The notes: generated from the letters alone by a model not told the origin. 23,842 nucleotides of DNA from Hormoscilla sp. (GCA_051439505.1 JBFRWI010000040.1:1-23842), one strand, 5' to 3'. Shown: positions 8,719-18,666, numbered from the stretch's first letter. Translations and numbers: made by a program.

Positions 8719-8979
8719 AGAGATTCAGTCCGAGAAATTCATAAGCTGAATCTCAAAGATAATCAAACATCATTTTACATTAACTCGGATGCATGGCAGT
8801 CGGTAATTGAAGATGAACTGGAAGCGGCGATCGCGACAGCAAGTGTTGAAGTCAGCAATGGCACATACAGTCCATCTCAACTTTCTGAAATGGTGGATAG
8901 AAGTGAGATAAGGCAAAGGGCTGAGATTACTGTTACTGACATACAGCCATTCCAAAAAGGAGTTACCCCTAGTTATTAA
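8719..8979 (+). pseudogene. 5'-truncated remnant of a cyanobacterial DUF29-like gene
   Basis: Open frame RDSVREIHKLNLKDNQTSFYINSDAWQSVIEDELEAAIATASVEVSNGTYSPSQLSEMVDRSEIRQRA... with no start codon at its 5' end and in-frame stops inside the upstream repeat. Family is recognised from memory. Confidence 0.6.
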
Positions 8980-9118
8980 TGATTATTTAACTCAGTTACC
9001 AGGGGGCGAAGATTGGCATCAAGGTATACAAAAATGATTTCCCCGTTCCCATAGCCTCTATAATAATTAACAATTGCTCAATTAACAATCAATTATCAAG
9101 AAGCTTTTACACCGGAGT

Positions 9119-10054
9119 ATGACTGTCAAACCTACCATCATTATCGGCCATCGCGGAGCCAGCGGCTACCTGCCTGAAAATACTTTAGCTGCTTATGAAT
9201 TAGCTATGCAGATGGGTGTAGACGCGATCGAACTCGACATCGTGGCTACCAAAGAGGGGGAATTAATCGCCCGCCACGAAAACGACCTCACCCATACTAC
9301 TAACATATCCCAGATTCCTGAATTTGCCGATCGCCTGACCACCAAAAGCATCGACGGCCAAGAGATAACTGGGTGGTTTACAGAAGATTTTACCTTAGCA
9401 GAAATTAAAACCCTCACGGCGACAGCACGCCCCGATCGCCAACTGCTACCGACGGGGGGGACGGGGGCGGCAGGGGGGGTGCCGACATTACAGGAAGTTA
9501 TCGATCTCGTCAAGGATCGAAGGGCAGCCACCGGACGGGCGATCGAGCTAATGATAGAAGTCAAGTATTCTAGCTATTTTAGAACGATTGGGCTGGCAAT
9601 GGAAGAGCTTTTGGTAGAAATATTGTCAAGGAATGGATACAATACAGCGGATGGGCCAATGGCGATCGAATCCTTTGAAAGCGAGAGTCTCAAGCACCTG
9701 CATCAACTCACGCAAGTACGGATCGTGCAGCCGTGCCTGGACTTAATTTCAGCATCAGAATTAGCTAATATAGCCGAGTATGCCACAATATTAGCACCCC
9801 ACAAACGCTTAATTGTCCCAACTGACGATCGGGGACATTTGCTAGCCCCTACCTCATTAATTCAGGATGCCCGTCAAGCAGGTTTAAGGATCTATTGCTG
9901 GACATTTAGAAATGAAAACATCTATCTCGCCCCAGAGTACAAAGGTAACCCCGAAGCCGAATACGAGCAATTCCTGCTTTTGGGAGTAGATGGGGTATTT
10001 AGCGACTTCCCAGATACCGCCGTATCGGTGCGCGATCGGATCCAGCGTTCCTAG
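9119..10054 (+). CDS. glpQ: Glycerophosphodiester phosphodiesterase
   Basis: IIGHRGASGYLPENT, IELDIV, ARHE, GWFTEDFTLAEIKTL, WTFRNE, GVDGVFSDFPD motifs. Confidence 0.93.
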   Translation: MTVKPTIIIGHRGASGYLPENTLAAYELAMQMGVDAIELDIVATKEGELIARHENDLTHTTNISQIPEFADRLTTKSIDGQEITGWFTEDFTLAEIKTLTATARPDRQLLPTGGTGAAGGVPTLQEVIDLVKDRRAATGRAIELMIEVKYSSYFRTIGLAMEELLVEILSRNGYNTADGPMAIESFESESLKHLHQLTQVRIVQPCLDLISASELANIAEYATILAPHKRLIVPTDDRGHLLAPTSLIQDARQAGLRIYCWTFRNENIYLAPEYKGNPEAEYEQFLLLGVDGVFSDFPDTAVSVRDRIQRS

Positions 10055-10126
10055 CAAAATGCTTTTTGTTGTGCTTTATAACATTTTGGTAAAACAATGC
10101 TACAATTACTTTAAGCGTGAATTTAT

Positions 10127-10192
10127 TAGTCTGTTTTAACCGACTTTAGCTATTAGCCGGGGGTTTTAACCCCCGGCGGGCTGACAGCGAAG
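10127..10192 (-). repeat. Family A 66-bp double-hairpin element
   Basis: Reverse complement is 64/66 identical to 15930-15995; lies between convergent genes. Confidence 0.9.
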
Positions 10193-10295
10193 TGAGAGAA
10201 CTTTCGCACATAATTGTAGCAATATTTGCCGACATTTGGTATTAGTGCTAACCTTGGTGGGCGGTGCCCACCCTACAGCTTACTGCCATTCCCAT

Positions 10296-10868
10296 TTAAC
10301 GCCCCATATTGCGCTTCATTTCGTCTAGTTCATCATCCATTTCCCATTTGCGAAACTTCTCCAGCAGAGGATCTGCTCCGCCGTCAAAACTGTAACTCTT
10401 ATTCCAACCAGGGGGTGTTTCTCCTTGAGCAGTTTTTGCCTGATAACGCTCTGCTTCCATCTTAGTAGCTTTAACGCGCACTTCTTGCAAGCGTACCTTA
10501 ACTTTCCGATAAATCTCCTTAGCTTGTTCGATGCGTTCTTGGCACCCTTGCATCTTGCCCCAGAGTTGATTTCCTTGACGGAGGAGGGCCGCTTCCCGTT
10601 CGGCGGCAGCTTCCGCTAAATCTAGCCTACCCTTTTCCCGCGCCTTATTTACCCAGTTATGCCAGCGCTCGATTTCTTTAGCAGTAGTTAGGATCTCATC
10701 TTGCAACTTCTTTTCTTGCTTTTGTAAATCGACAATCAGCCGCAGGGTGTCTTCCTCTTGCTCTTGCAGTTGCTCCTCTAATATTGATAGCTCTAAATGG
10801 GGATTTTTCCGGAGAAAATCATCCAATCGATTCTCAAAAAAACGGCTAAAATCTTCAAATATGCTCAT
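10296..10868 (-). CDS. TIGR04376 family coiled-coil protein (PspA/IM30-like)
   Basis: MSIFEDFSRFFENRLDDFLRKNPHLEL N-terminus, AAAEREAALLRQGNQLWG, C-terminal FRKWEMDDELDEMK. Confidence 0.85.
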   Translation of the reverse strand: MSIFEDFSRFFENRLDDFLRKNPHLELSILEEQLQEQEEDTLRLIVDLQKQEKKLQDEILTTAKEIERWHNWVNKAREKGRLDLAEAAAEREAALLRQGNQLWGKMQGCQERIEQAKEIYRKVKVRLQEVRVKATKMEAERYQAKTAQGETPPGWNKSYSFDGGADPLLEKFRKWEMDDELDEMKRNMGR

Positions 10869-10952
10869 GTTGCAACTCCTAGGTCGCTTACTTGTTTCGA
10901 TCGTAGCAATTATTAGTGATTAAATGTGGGCAGTGCCCACCGAACCCAACTA

Positions 10953-12125
10953 TCACAACTTCTGTCCTACATAAATAGAGCGAAGTTGACCGTTACGGCG
11001 CACGATCGCCTCTTGTTGAGAGATCTCGACCAATGTCCAGCCGCTATCACCAATATCCTCGCCGACTCGAAAGCGATGGGTAACTCCATCAATATCAAAC
11101 AAGGCCGCCGAGCGATCGCCCAATTCCAGAATTCCGACTAGAATCTGAGTAGCATTTGAGGCCACTGGCGGTGGCGCGGGTAAGGATATGGGTGACGACG
11201 CGACTCGGTCCGGCGGCGGTGGCAGGGCCAGATCCGATGATGGGGGCGGGGGGGGCAGCAGGGCCAGATCCGATGATGGGGGAGGAGGAGGTAGGGGTAG
11301 GGGAGATGACGGCGATGCAGGCCGTGGCGGCTGATAGACAGGAATATAGACTCTTTCCAAGACTGTCGGCACCCGGTTGGGAACTGGTAACTGCCTGTCG
11401 CGCACCGGTTCGCCAGAGAACGAATTGGCCTCCGGAGGCGGTTCTGACAGAGTTGCCAAGCGCTGCTGTGCGTTTTGGTCGATCGATGCCAAGGTTTGCT
11501 GCATGTAAGAGGCGAACTGGGCATCAGCATCGGCTTCGATCCGTGCCTGGATCTCTTCCCGGGAGGGACCAGCACCGCCACCCGATGCCAACAAACTCTG
11601 CCATTGCCATTGCCCCCGGGACTGTCTGCCCAGCCATAACAGTAATGGTACTCCCAAGCAGGTCGAGACCAGCAGCAACAGCAGCTTCTTGACAGAGCGA
11701 TCGCCCACTGGTTTTGTTGCTATACCTTCGGAGGTCTTACTGGTGCCATCGGAGGGAGGGATGGAGCAAGCTAAACCTAATTCTGTCGATCCAGTAACCT
11801 GTTCAATTTCCTCGCTAGTTTCGACAGGTGCAGTCAAGGCAGAGGAGACTTCCAGCTGCGCATCGGTTTGTGTAGCTGGTGGAGCTTGGGGAGCAGGGGG
11901 GGCTACTTTCAGGCCGATGGACTGCATATCCATGGGCTGCAAGTACAGGTATTCTGGTTGTACGGGCTCTTTGGGAAGAGACGTGCCGCCATCGAGCACC
12001 CGATCGACATCTTGAAATAGATCTTCCATCAAGCGATCGGCATCGGCTTCCATCGACCAGGGTTCCAGAGGGGGGACCGGTGGTTCGGGCTGCTGAGGGT
12101 GATTATTGTTGGCATCTTCAGGCAT
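10953..12125 (-). CDS. Pro-rich single-pass membrane protein with C-terminal GspC/PilP-like beta domain
   Basis: DADRLMEDLF N-terminal motif, TM at ~aa148-166, ERVYIPVY, Pro-rich linker, C-terminal LVGILELGDRSAALFDIDG...GEDIGDSGWTLVEI. Confidence 0.7.
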   Translation of the reverse strand: MPEDANNNHPQQPEPPVPPLEPWSMEADADRLMEDLFQDVDRVLDGGTSLPKEPVQPEYLYLQPMDMQSIGLKVAPPAPQAPPATQTDAQLEVSSALTAPVETSEEIEQVTGSTELGLACSIPPSDGTSKTSEGIATKPVGDRSVKKLLLLLVSTCLGVPLLLWLGRQSRGQWQWQSLLASGGGAGPSREEIQARIEADADAQFASYMQQTLASIDQNAQQRLATLSEPPPEANSFSGEPVRDRQLPVPNRVPTVLERVYIPVYQPPRPASPSSPLPLPPPPPSSDLALLPPPPPSSDLALPPPPDRVASSPISLPAPPPVASNATQILVGILELGDRSAALFDIDGVTHRFRVGEDIGDSGWTLVEISQQEAIVRRNGQLRSIYVGQKL

Positions 12126-12306
12126 GGATGGCTCGTTCTAGTCTAGAGTTGCTGTCAATTGTATATTTTCGATGGCAAAAGACAAGTACCGGACTCATTC
12201 GTCCTCGACTTTAGCATCTGGCAACTATTTTGGTAATGAGAACCCCCCAGGTGTACTCTAGATCGAGTCACTCGATTTACTGCAATAACCAAAATCACAA
12301 CGCGAT

Positions 12307-13269
12307 ATGACAGTCTCCAGTCCTCCCCGCACGATCCGCATCGGTTCTCGCAAAAGCCAACTGGCACTGATCCAAACTAACTGGGTGCAAGCACGCTTTG
12401 TCGAAGAGTTCCCCGATCGCACCTTTGAGGTCCACACCATGAGCACCCAGGGCGATAAGATCCTGGATGTGGCCCTCTCCAAGATTGGCGATAAGGGACT
12501 GTTCACCAAGGAACTGGAACTGGGAATGCTCAACAAGCAAACGGATCTGGCGGTGCATTCCCTCAAGGACTTGCCGACGAACTTGCCAGAGGGGTTAGTC
12601 TTGGGATGCGTCACGGAACGGGAAGATCCCGCCGATGCCCTGGTTGTCCATAGCAAGCATAAAGATAAGCAACTGGAGACACTCCCCCCAGGGACCGTGA
12701 TCGGCACATCTTCCCTGCGCCGCCTGGCCCAGTTGCGCCATCATTATCCCCATCTGGAATTTAAGGATGTTCGGGGTAATCTCAATACTAGACTGGCTAA
12801 GCTAGATGCCGGGGAGTACGACGCCTTGATCCTGGCAGTGGCCGGTTTGCAGCGTTTGGGCATGGGCGATCGCATTCATCAAGCAATTCCTGGGGATATT
12901 TCCCTCTATGCGGTGGGACAGGGTGCTTTGGGCATTGAATGTCGCGCCGATGACACCGAAGTGCTAGATCTACTGCAAGCTCTCTCTCATACTCCTACCA
13001 CCCAACGCTGCTATGCCGAACGGGCCTTCCTGCGATCGCTGGAAGGGGGTTGCCAAGTGCCGATCGGGGTGAATACGACCATAGATGGAGATCGACTGAC
13101 CTTGACTGGTATAGTGGCCAGTCTTGACGGTCAGCGCTTAGTCAAAGATAGTATTACAGGCCCAGCCACCAATCCCGAACAGTTGGGACTGGATCTGGCA
13201 CAGCGCCTGCGGGATATGGGCGCACAAGAGATTTTAAATGAAATCTTAGCCGAAATCCAACGAGATTAA
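12307..13269 (+). CDS. hemC: Hydroxymethylbilane synthase (porphobilinogen deaminase)
   Basis: [48 protein letters not shown]. Confidence 0.98.
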   Translation: MTVSSPPRTIRIGSRKSQLALIQTNWVQARFVEEFPDRTFEVHTMSTQGDKILDVALSKIGDKGLFTKELELGMLNKQTDLAVHSLKDLPTNLPEGLVLGCVTEREDPADALVVHSKHKDKQLETLPPGTVIGTSSLRRLAQLRHHYPHLEFKDVRGNLNTRLAKLDAGEYDALILAVAGLQRLGMGDRIHQAIPGDISLYAVGQGALGIECRADDTEVLDLLQALSHTPTTQRCYAERAFLRSLEGGCQVPIGVNTTIDGDRLTLTGIVASLDGQRLVKDSITGPATNPEQLGLDLAQRLRDMGAQEILNEILAEIQRD

Positions 13270-13316
13270 CAGATCCACCCCTTCGATATTTCCCTGGTTC
13301 TAGCTGAAAAAGCAAT

Positions 13317-13347
13317 TGACCATTGACCATTGACAATTCACCATTGT
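13317..13347. repeat. Degenerate heptamer repeat (TTGACCA-type)
   Basis: TTGACCA TTGACCA TTGACAA TTCACCA TTG just upstream of glgA. Confidence 0.75.
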
Positions 13348-13371
13348 TGATAATTCACAATATTTTAGCTG

Positions 13372-14772
13372 ATGAGAATTCTGTTTGTTGCTGCGGAAGC
13401 TGCCCCGATCGCCAAGGTAGGCGGTATGGGGGATGTAGTGGGTGCCTTACCCAAGGTGTTGAGAAAAATGGGGCATGATGTCCGCATTTTCATGCCTTAC
13501 TATGGCTTTTTGCCCGACAAAATGGAAATCCCCCAAGACCCGGTCTGGTGGGGGTATGCCATGTTTGAAAACTTCGCGGTCTACGAGACGGTATTACCCG
13601 GGACTGACGTGCCTTTATACCTGTTCGGACATTTATCGTTCTCGGGTCGGAACATCTACTATGGGGACGATGAAGATTGGCGGTTTACTCTGTTTGCGAA
13701 TGGCGCAGCAGAGTTTGCCTGGAACTACTGGAAACCGCAAATTATTCACAGCCATGACTGGCACGCGGGGATGCTTCCGGTCTGGATGAACCAATCTCCA
13801 GATATCAGCACGGTGTTCACGATTCACAATTTAGCCTATCAAGGACCGTGGACTTGGTACTTGGAGCGGATTACCTGGTGTCCCTGGTACATGCAGGGTC
13901 ATAATACCATGGCAGCAGCAGTGCAGTTTGCCGATCGGGTAACGACGGTGTCTCCGACCTACGCCCAGCAAATTAAAACGGCAGAATATGGGGAAAAGCT
14001 GGAGGGTTTGCTATCTTTTATTAGCGGCAAAACCGTGGGTATCCTTAATGGGATCGATATGGAAAGCTATGACCCGGGCACTGACAAGTATATTCGGGAG
14101 AACTTTACTGCTGATACGATTGAAAAACGTGCTGCTAATAAGATTTCCCTCCAAGAAGAAGTCGGTATGGAGGTGAACAAGGGCACCTTTTTGATGGGTA
14201 TGGTGACCCGGTTGGTGGAACAAAAGGGTATAGACTTGACCATTCAAATTTTGGATCGCTTTATGGCCTACACGGATGCCCAGTTCGTGCTGCTGGGAAC
14301 GGGCGATCGCTATTATGAAACCCAAATGTGGGAGATGGCATCCCGCTATCGGGGGCGGATGTCGGTGCAACTGCTTTATAATGATGCCCTGGCCCGGCGC
14401 ATTTATGCAGGTTGCGATGCTTTCTTGATGCCGTCGCGCTTTGAACCCTGCGGGATCAGCCAAATGCTAGCCATGCGCTACGGTTGCGTTCCCATTGTAC
14501 GACGGACGGGGGGCTTAGTGGATACGGTCTCCTACAATGTCCCGGATCTAGAAATGGGTACGGGTTATTGCTTCGATCGCTACGAACCTTTGGACCTCTT
14601 TACCTGTATGGTCAGGACTAGCGAAGCTTTCCGGTTTAAGGCGGAATGGCAGAAACTACAGCAGCGGGGGATGCGGCAGAACTTCAGTTGGGATCTTTCG
14701 GCGAAAGAGTACATTAAAATGTACCGAGAAATTATCGGTCTGCCGCCGGAAGAGGAAGAAGCGCAACCATAG
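13372..14772 (+). CDS. glgA: Glycogen synthase
   Basis: [46 protein letters not shown]. Confidence 0.98.
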   Translation: MRILFVAAEAAPIAKVGGMGDVVGALPKVLRKMGHDVRIFMPYYGFLPDKMEIPQDPVWWGYAMFENFAVYETVLPGTDVPLYLFGHLSFSGRNIYYGDDEDWRFTLFANGAAEFAWNYWKPQIIHSHDWHAGMLPVWMNQSPDISTVFTIHNLAYQGPWTWYLERITWCPWYMQGHNTMAAAVQFADRVTTVSPTYAQQIKTAEYGEKLEGLLSFISGKTVGILNGIDMESYDPGTDKYIRENFTADTIEKRAANKISLQEEVGMEVNKGTFLMGMVTRLVEQKGIDLTIQILDRFMAYTDAQFVLLGTGDRYYETQMWEMASRYRGRMSVQLLYNDALARRIYAGCDAFLMPSRFEPCGISQMLAMRYGCVPIVRRTGGLVDTVSYNVPDLEMGTGYCFDRYEPLDLFTCMVRTSEAFRFKAEWQKLQQRGMRQNFSWDLSAKEYIKMYREIIGLPPEEEEAQP

Positions 14773-14776
14773 TCGC

Positions 14777-14850
14777 CGCCCGAACCCTAAAGGGCCCGGC
14801 TACTCGAACAAAGCCCACGATCCGGGCCCCCGACCCTGCGCAGGGGCTAG
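14777..14850 (+). repeat. Family C palindromic element (ACCCTRAAGGG...GGCTAC...ACAAAGCCC...CCTGCGC)
   Basis: Related copies at 15235-15287, ~2480-2515 and, partially, 3647-3662. Confidence 0.65.
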
Positions 14851-14856
14851 TCTGCA

Positions 14857-15288
14857 TTGGTAGGGTGGGCACCTTCGATATATCCGGAGAGCGCTATTCG
14901 CACTACTCCGGATATATCGACCCACCATTCGCGGGTTTGGGCAACAACAACCAACACCGGAAGTGACCTGCATTTGTGCCAACAGCATGCCGCTGAGATA
15001 GAACCGGCATTGGAAGCGATCGCCAATTACGCTGCCAGTGTGGACAATTGGAAACACGGAGATTGCCCGCTGGGAGTAAAAGACCATTGCAACATCTTGC
15101 ACTTTTTTCTAAATGTTCATACCCAGAATTTCAAGTTCTTTAGGGGGCAAAATTTTACTCCGGAAGTGATTTGTTCCTTTCTCCATGATTGGAAAGGTAT
15201 AGACCTCACGGAATTGCTGGAATATCCACCACCCGCCCTCACCCTGAAGGGTGGGGCTACGGATACAAAGCCCGCCTGCGCGGGCTAA
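14857..15288 (+). CDS. Hypothetical protein, possibly 5'-truncated; both ends lie in repeat sequence
   Basis: Protein-like core VWATTTNTGSDL...WKHGDCPLGVKDHCNILHFF...FLHDWKGIDL. The TTG start abuts a family B half repeat, and the last ~17 codons are family C repeat. Confidence 0.6.
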   Translation: MVGWAPSIYPESAIRTTPDISTHHSRVWATTTNTGSDLHLCQQHAAEIEPALEAIANYAASVDNWKHGDCPLGVKDHCNILHFFLNVHTQNFKFFRGQNFTPEVICSFLHDWKGIDLTELLEYPPPALTLKGGATDTKPACAG

Positions 15289-15292
15289 GGGG

Positions 15293-15298
15293 TATAAT
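15293..15298 (+). promoter_or_regulatory. Putative -10 element for the DUF4160/DUF2442 pair
   Basis: Perfect TATAAT 25 nt upstream of ATG 15324, directly after the family C repeat. Confidence 0.4.
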
Positions 15299-15323
15299 GA
15301 AATTGTCGTAACTATCATTTTGA

Positions 15324-15563
15324 ATGCCAACTTTACTTCGGCTAGGACCGTACCGTTTTTTTTGCTATGCCGGCGATCGCGAAGAGCCACCTCATATTCA
15401 TGTTGAGCGTGATGATAAAGAGGCCAAGTTCTGGCTCAGTCCAGTCCGCTTGCAAGACAACAAAGGATTTTCTGCTAAAGAAATAACTCGCATTCAGAAG
15501 CTAGTTGAAGAGTACCAAAATCAGTTACTGGAGGGCTGGGATGACTTCTTCAATAATGATTGA
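15324..15563 (+). CDS. DUF4160 domain protein (putative TA component)
   Basis: MPTLLRLGPYRFFCYAGDREEPPHIHV...EAKFWL...W; 79 aa. Confidence 0.9.
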   Translation: MPTLLRLGPYRFFCYAGDREEPPHIHVERDDKEAKFWLSPVRLQDNKGFSAKEITRIQKLVEEYQNQLLEGWDDFFNND

Positions 15564-15873
15564 CACGCTGAAAATTACCCAAGTACAGCAAGTGGCAATT
15601 ACAGATGATTTGTTAACAGTAAATCTGTCGGACGGTCGAATCATTTCCGTACCATTAGCATGGTATCCTCGGCTCTTGCATGGCTCCCAGGAGGAACGCA
15701 ATAATTGGCGATTAACAGGTAGTAAAGAGGGAATACACTGGCCTGACTTGGATGAAGATATTAGTATCAAAAATATCATTCTCGGTCACCCGTCAGGAGA
15801 AAGTCAGAAGTCCCTCAAACGTTGGTTAGAATTGAGAACTGGTACTTTTCCCGATCGCCCGCCGGGAGTTTAA
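15541..15873 (+). CDS. DUF2442 domain protein (putative TA partner)
   Basis: LSDGRIISVPLAWYPRL...GIHWPDLDEDIS. Likely start is ATG 15541 (or 15556), overlapping the DUF4160 end. Confidence 0.9.
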   Translation: MTSSIMIDTLKITQVQQVAITDDLLTVNLSDGRIISVPLAWYPRLLHGSQEERNNWRLTGSKEGIHWPDLDEDISIKNIILGHPSGESQKSLKRWLELRTGTFPDRPPGV

Positions 15874-15929
15874 CCCCCCGTATAAGAAACCGGGTTTGGA
15901 GTTGCAGTTTTGACTATGTAATTCCTTCT

Positions 15930-15995
15930 CTTCGCTGTCAGCCCGCCGGGGGTTCAAACCCCCGGCTAATAGCTAAAGTCGGTTAAAACCGACTA
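15930..15995 (+). repeat. Family A 66-bp double-hairpin element
   Basis: CCGGGGGTTCAAACCCCCGG plus AGTCGGTTAAAACCGACT hairpins; between the convergent DUF2442 and STAND genes. Confidence 0.9.
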
Positions 15996-16044
15996 AGATA
16001 ATTTGTAAAATATGCTGCTACATTATAGCGTTTTTCAATCTATT

Positions 16045-18666
16045 TTATAGCGGCTTTACAGTTTCTGTTCGGGCTTTTTCCAGCAAGGGTTGGAGCAATT
16101 TCCGTTCCTCGATCGGGAGTTGTAGGAGTACCCGTTTATCGCCCTTCTTCTCTTTATACTGGACTGCGGTCTTCAGCAGACGCAATGGGATTATGAATTC
16201 TGGGCGATCGCCTGCCAGGTTCTGCCAGACTTCCAGCCACGATCGGGCGGCGAAGTCGCTCACCATTTCTGACATTAATATAGGAATATTCCGCACGAGT
16301 GCTTGTCCTAAGATGGGAGCAGCTTGGTGTTTGTGGTAAAGTTCGAGGAGGATGGGAAGGCGCAAATGCCAGGTTGCAACATCGCGAGTGCTGTCGAACT
16401 GATGGCGGAGAATTAATTTGGCATCTACTACTGCGGCATCCTCGTCAGACTCAAGGCGTTGGAAAGCGTCCTCTAAGGCGGCGATACCTTCATCCCAACG
16501 GTTGAGTCCGAGAATGGCAATGGCACGGTTGAAGAAAACATATGACATTTGATAACCGAGTTCAATTGCCCGATCGCAGGATGCCAAAGCTTCGTCGTAG
16601 CGTCCGATAACATCCATTGTCCAGCCTCGCCGGAACCAAGCCTCAGCATAATTGGGGTCAAGCTCAATGGCTTTGTCTGAGGATGCTAAAGCTTCGTCGT
16701 AGCGTTTGAGGTTGTCTAAAATATAACTGCGCCTGCACCAATCATCCACATAATTCGGCTCAAGCTTAATTGCTTCTTCGCAGGACGCCAAGGCTTCATC
16801 GTAGCGTCTGAGGCCGAACAGTATTGAGCATCTATTGCGCCAATATAACGCTTTGTTGGGGTTCAAATTAATGGCATTGTCGCAAGATACTAAAGCTGCA
16901 TCAAAGCGTCCCAGCACGAACTCCATAGATCCCCGATCGCACCATCCGGGGGCATAATCAGGCACAAGCTTAGTTAATTTTTCATAGGATGTAAATGCTT
17001 CGGAGTAGCGTTCCATACGACTCAGCACTATACTCCGAGCGTACCAAGCATCTGCGTTATTTGAGTCAATAGCAATGACTTTTTTAAAGGATACCAAAGC
17101 TTCTTTTTCGCGCCCAAGAGCAATTAAAGCTTGACCTCTGTTTCCCCAAGCCATTCCAGCTATTTCATTATCGTGGTTTAACTCCGACTCCTCGATCGCT
17201 TTGTCCCAGGATGTTAATGCCTCATGAAAGCGTTCAAGGCAAAATAGACAAGCTCCTTGATTCAACCAGTCTCGTTCGTGACCGCGAATTTCTACCAGTT
17301 TCTCTGCTTTTTCTAAGGCATTGTCAAAATCGCTATTAGCAAAATAATCAGACAATTTGTCTTCCAAGGCTACTATACGCTCAGATTCACTTTCTTCTTG
17401 GACTGGTTGTAAGGCAAGATGCAGACATAGTCGCGCCATTACCGCATGTTCTGGAGTATACTTCATCATCTGTCGCAACTGATCCGGTGTATACCAAAGC
17501 CGCAAAAACTCCACTATTAACTTAATTGGCTCCCCCCGCTGCTTCTTCACCTGCAAGCAAACGCCCATTAGGCGCTCCCGCAGTTCGTAAACTGACTCGC
17601 GTCCCCTAACATCAGACTTTACATAGCCCTTGTCTCGCAGATCTTTGAGTTGGCTGGATGCTGTCTGATGCGTGATAAAACAGCGCTGGGCAATTTCTTT
17701 CACCGGCACAGGAGAGCGACGATCGCACAAAAAATTTACTATCTTGCGCTGTTGGCGCGAAAGAAACCGCATACGCTCTTGATAATAGGGCGTCAAGTTA
17801 TCCAGGGTGCGCGTGAATGTATCCACAAGTTGAGCCAGGGACTCGCTGTTGGCGAGAAACTCCGAGAAAATTACATAGATGCGGTGGTTACCACCCGCTA
17901 GATGATGGGTAGCTTGGATGCGATCGCGTCCCTGGGGCGATGGAATAAAATATTCTAGTTCTGCGTTGTTCTCTAGCTTAGCGATGTTTGCTAGCAGTTG
18001 CGTGGCATCATCAACAGTTAACTCTTCTAGAAACTTCTTGTCGGAGAAGAAGCGGTAGAATGGCGACTTTTTCTGCTTGACAGCATTAAACTCACTCAGA
18101 GCTGTCGCCAGAATAGTGCAGCAGTCATTCTCTTGCAGAAAGCTATGCAGTGATGAAAGTCCCTCTTTCCCTAACCCAGCAAACAATTCGTCTAGGTTCT
18201 CGACTAACAGGAGTAGGGTACGATTTCCGAGATATTCTTTCAGTAACGCGGCAGCAGCAGCAGACGCTGCCTCAACAGGTAGTTGATAGAGTGCTTCGAT
18301 CTGCTCTTTGGGCGGACATGGCTGTGCTAACTTATCCTGTTCATATTCTGCTTCCAGCGCCTCAAAGATACATAGCAACAAGTCCAGGAAGGATGTGACT
18401 CTCCATTCATCCTCCGCTAGCCAGGCGATCGAGAGGCGATCTTTCAAGTCCTCCATCTTGCGGATGCGGTGATAGATCAGCGAGACGAGGTGCGTCTTGC
18501 CAATGCCGCGCGGCCCTATGAGCAGGGTTTGATGCTTCGCCGGTGTCAGGACAGATTGGCGAATCTGTTCGACAAGGTCTTGTGCGAGGGCTTGACGCTG
18601 GACAAAGATGCCCTCCAGCACGGGCTGGGGCAGCAGCCTCGGCGTGTAGCGGGAAATGCTTGTCAT
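16045..18666 (-). CDS. STAND/AAA ATPase - winged HTH - TPR-repeat protein (NLR-like architecture)
   Basis: Walker A GPRGIGKT, Walker B LLLLVENLDE, GGNHR motif, wHTH PVKEIAQRCFITHQTASSQLKDLRDKGYV, and about 8 TPRs with 102-nt DNA periodicity (16583, 16685, 16787, 16889, 16991). Start is ATG 18666 or 18699. Confidence 0.88.
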   Translation of the reverse strand: MTSISRYTPRLLPQPVLEGIFVQRQALAQDLVEQIRQSVLTPAKHQTLLIGPRGIGKTHLVSLIYHRIRKMEDLKDRLSIAWLAEDEWRVTSFLDLLLCIFEALEAEYEQDKLAQPCPPKEQIEALYQLPVEAASAAAAALLKEYLGNRTLLLLVENLDELFAGLGKEGLSSLHSFLQENDCCTILATALSEFNAVKQKKSPFYRFFSDKKFLEELTVDDATQLLANIAKLENNAELEYFIPSPQGRDRIQATHHLAGGNHRIYVIFSEFLANSESLAQLVDTFTRTLDNLTPYYQERMRFLSRQQRKIVNFLCDRRSPVPVKEIAQRCFITHQTASSQLKDLRDKGYVKSDVRGRESVYELRERLMGVCLQVKKQRGEPIKLIVEFLRLWYTPDQLRQMMKYTPEHAVMARLCLHLALQPVQEESESERIVALEDKLSDYFANSDFDNALEKAEKLVEIRGHERDWLNQGACLFCLERFHEALTSWDKAIEESELNHDNEIAGMAWGNRGQALIALGREKEALVSFKKVIAIDSNNADAWYARSIVLSRMERYSEAFTSYEKLTKLVPDYAPGWCDRGSMEFVLGRFDAALVSCDNAINLNPNKALYWRNRCSILFGLRRYDEALASCEEAIKLEPNYVDDWCRRSYILDNLKRYDEALASSDKAIELDPNYAEAWFRRGWTMDVIGRYDEALASCDRAIELGYQMSYVFFNRAIAILGLNRWDEGIAALEDAFQRLESDEDAAVVDAKLILRHQFDSTRDVATWHLRLPILLELYHKHQAAPILGQALVRNIPILMSEMVSDFAARSWLEVWQNLAGDRPEFIIPLRLLKTAVQYKEKKGDKRVLLQLPIEERKLLQPLLEKARTETVKPL

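Noticed and set aside
8770..8955. 61-aa minus-strand ORF
   Set aside because: Antisense shadow of the more protein-like plus-strand remnant 8719-8979
9060..9115. SphR/Pho box upstream of glpQ
   Set aside because: ATTAACAA-like repeats are present but only two are 11 bp apart and the match to the consensus is weak
11138..12214. Several long alternative-frame ORFs over the Pro-rich gene
   Set aside because: Expected from GC-rich low-complexity codons with few stop codons
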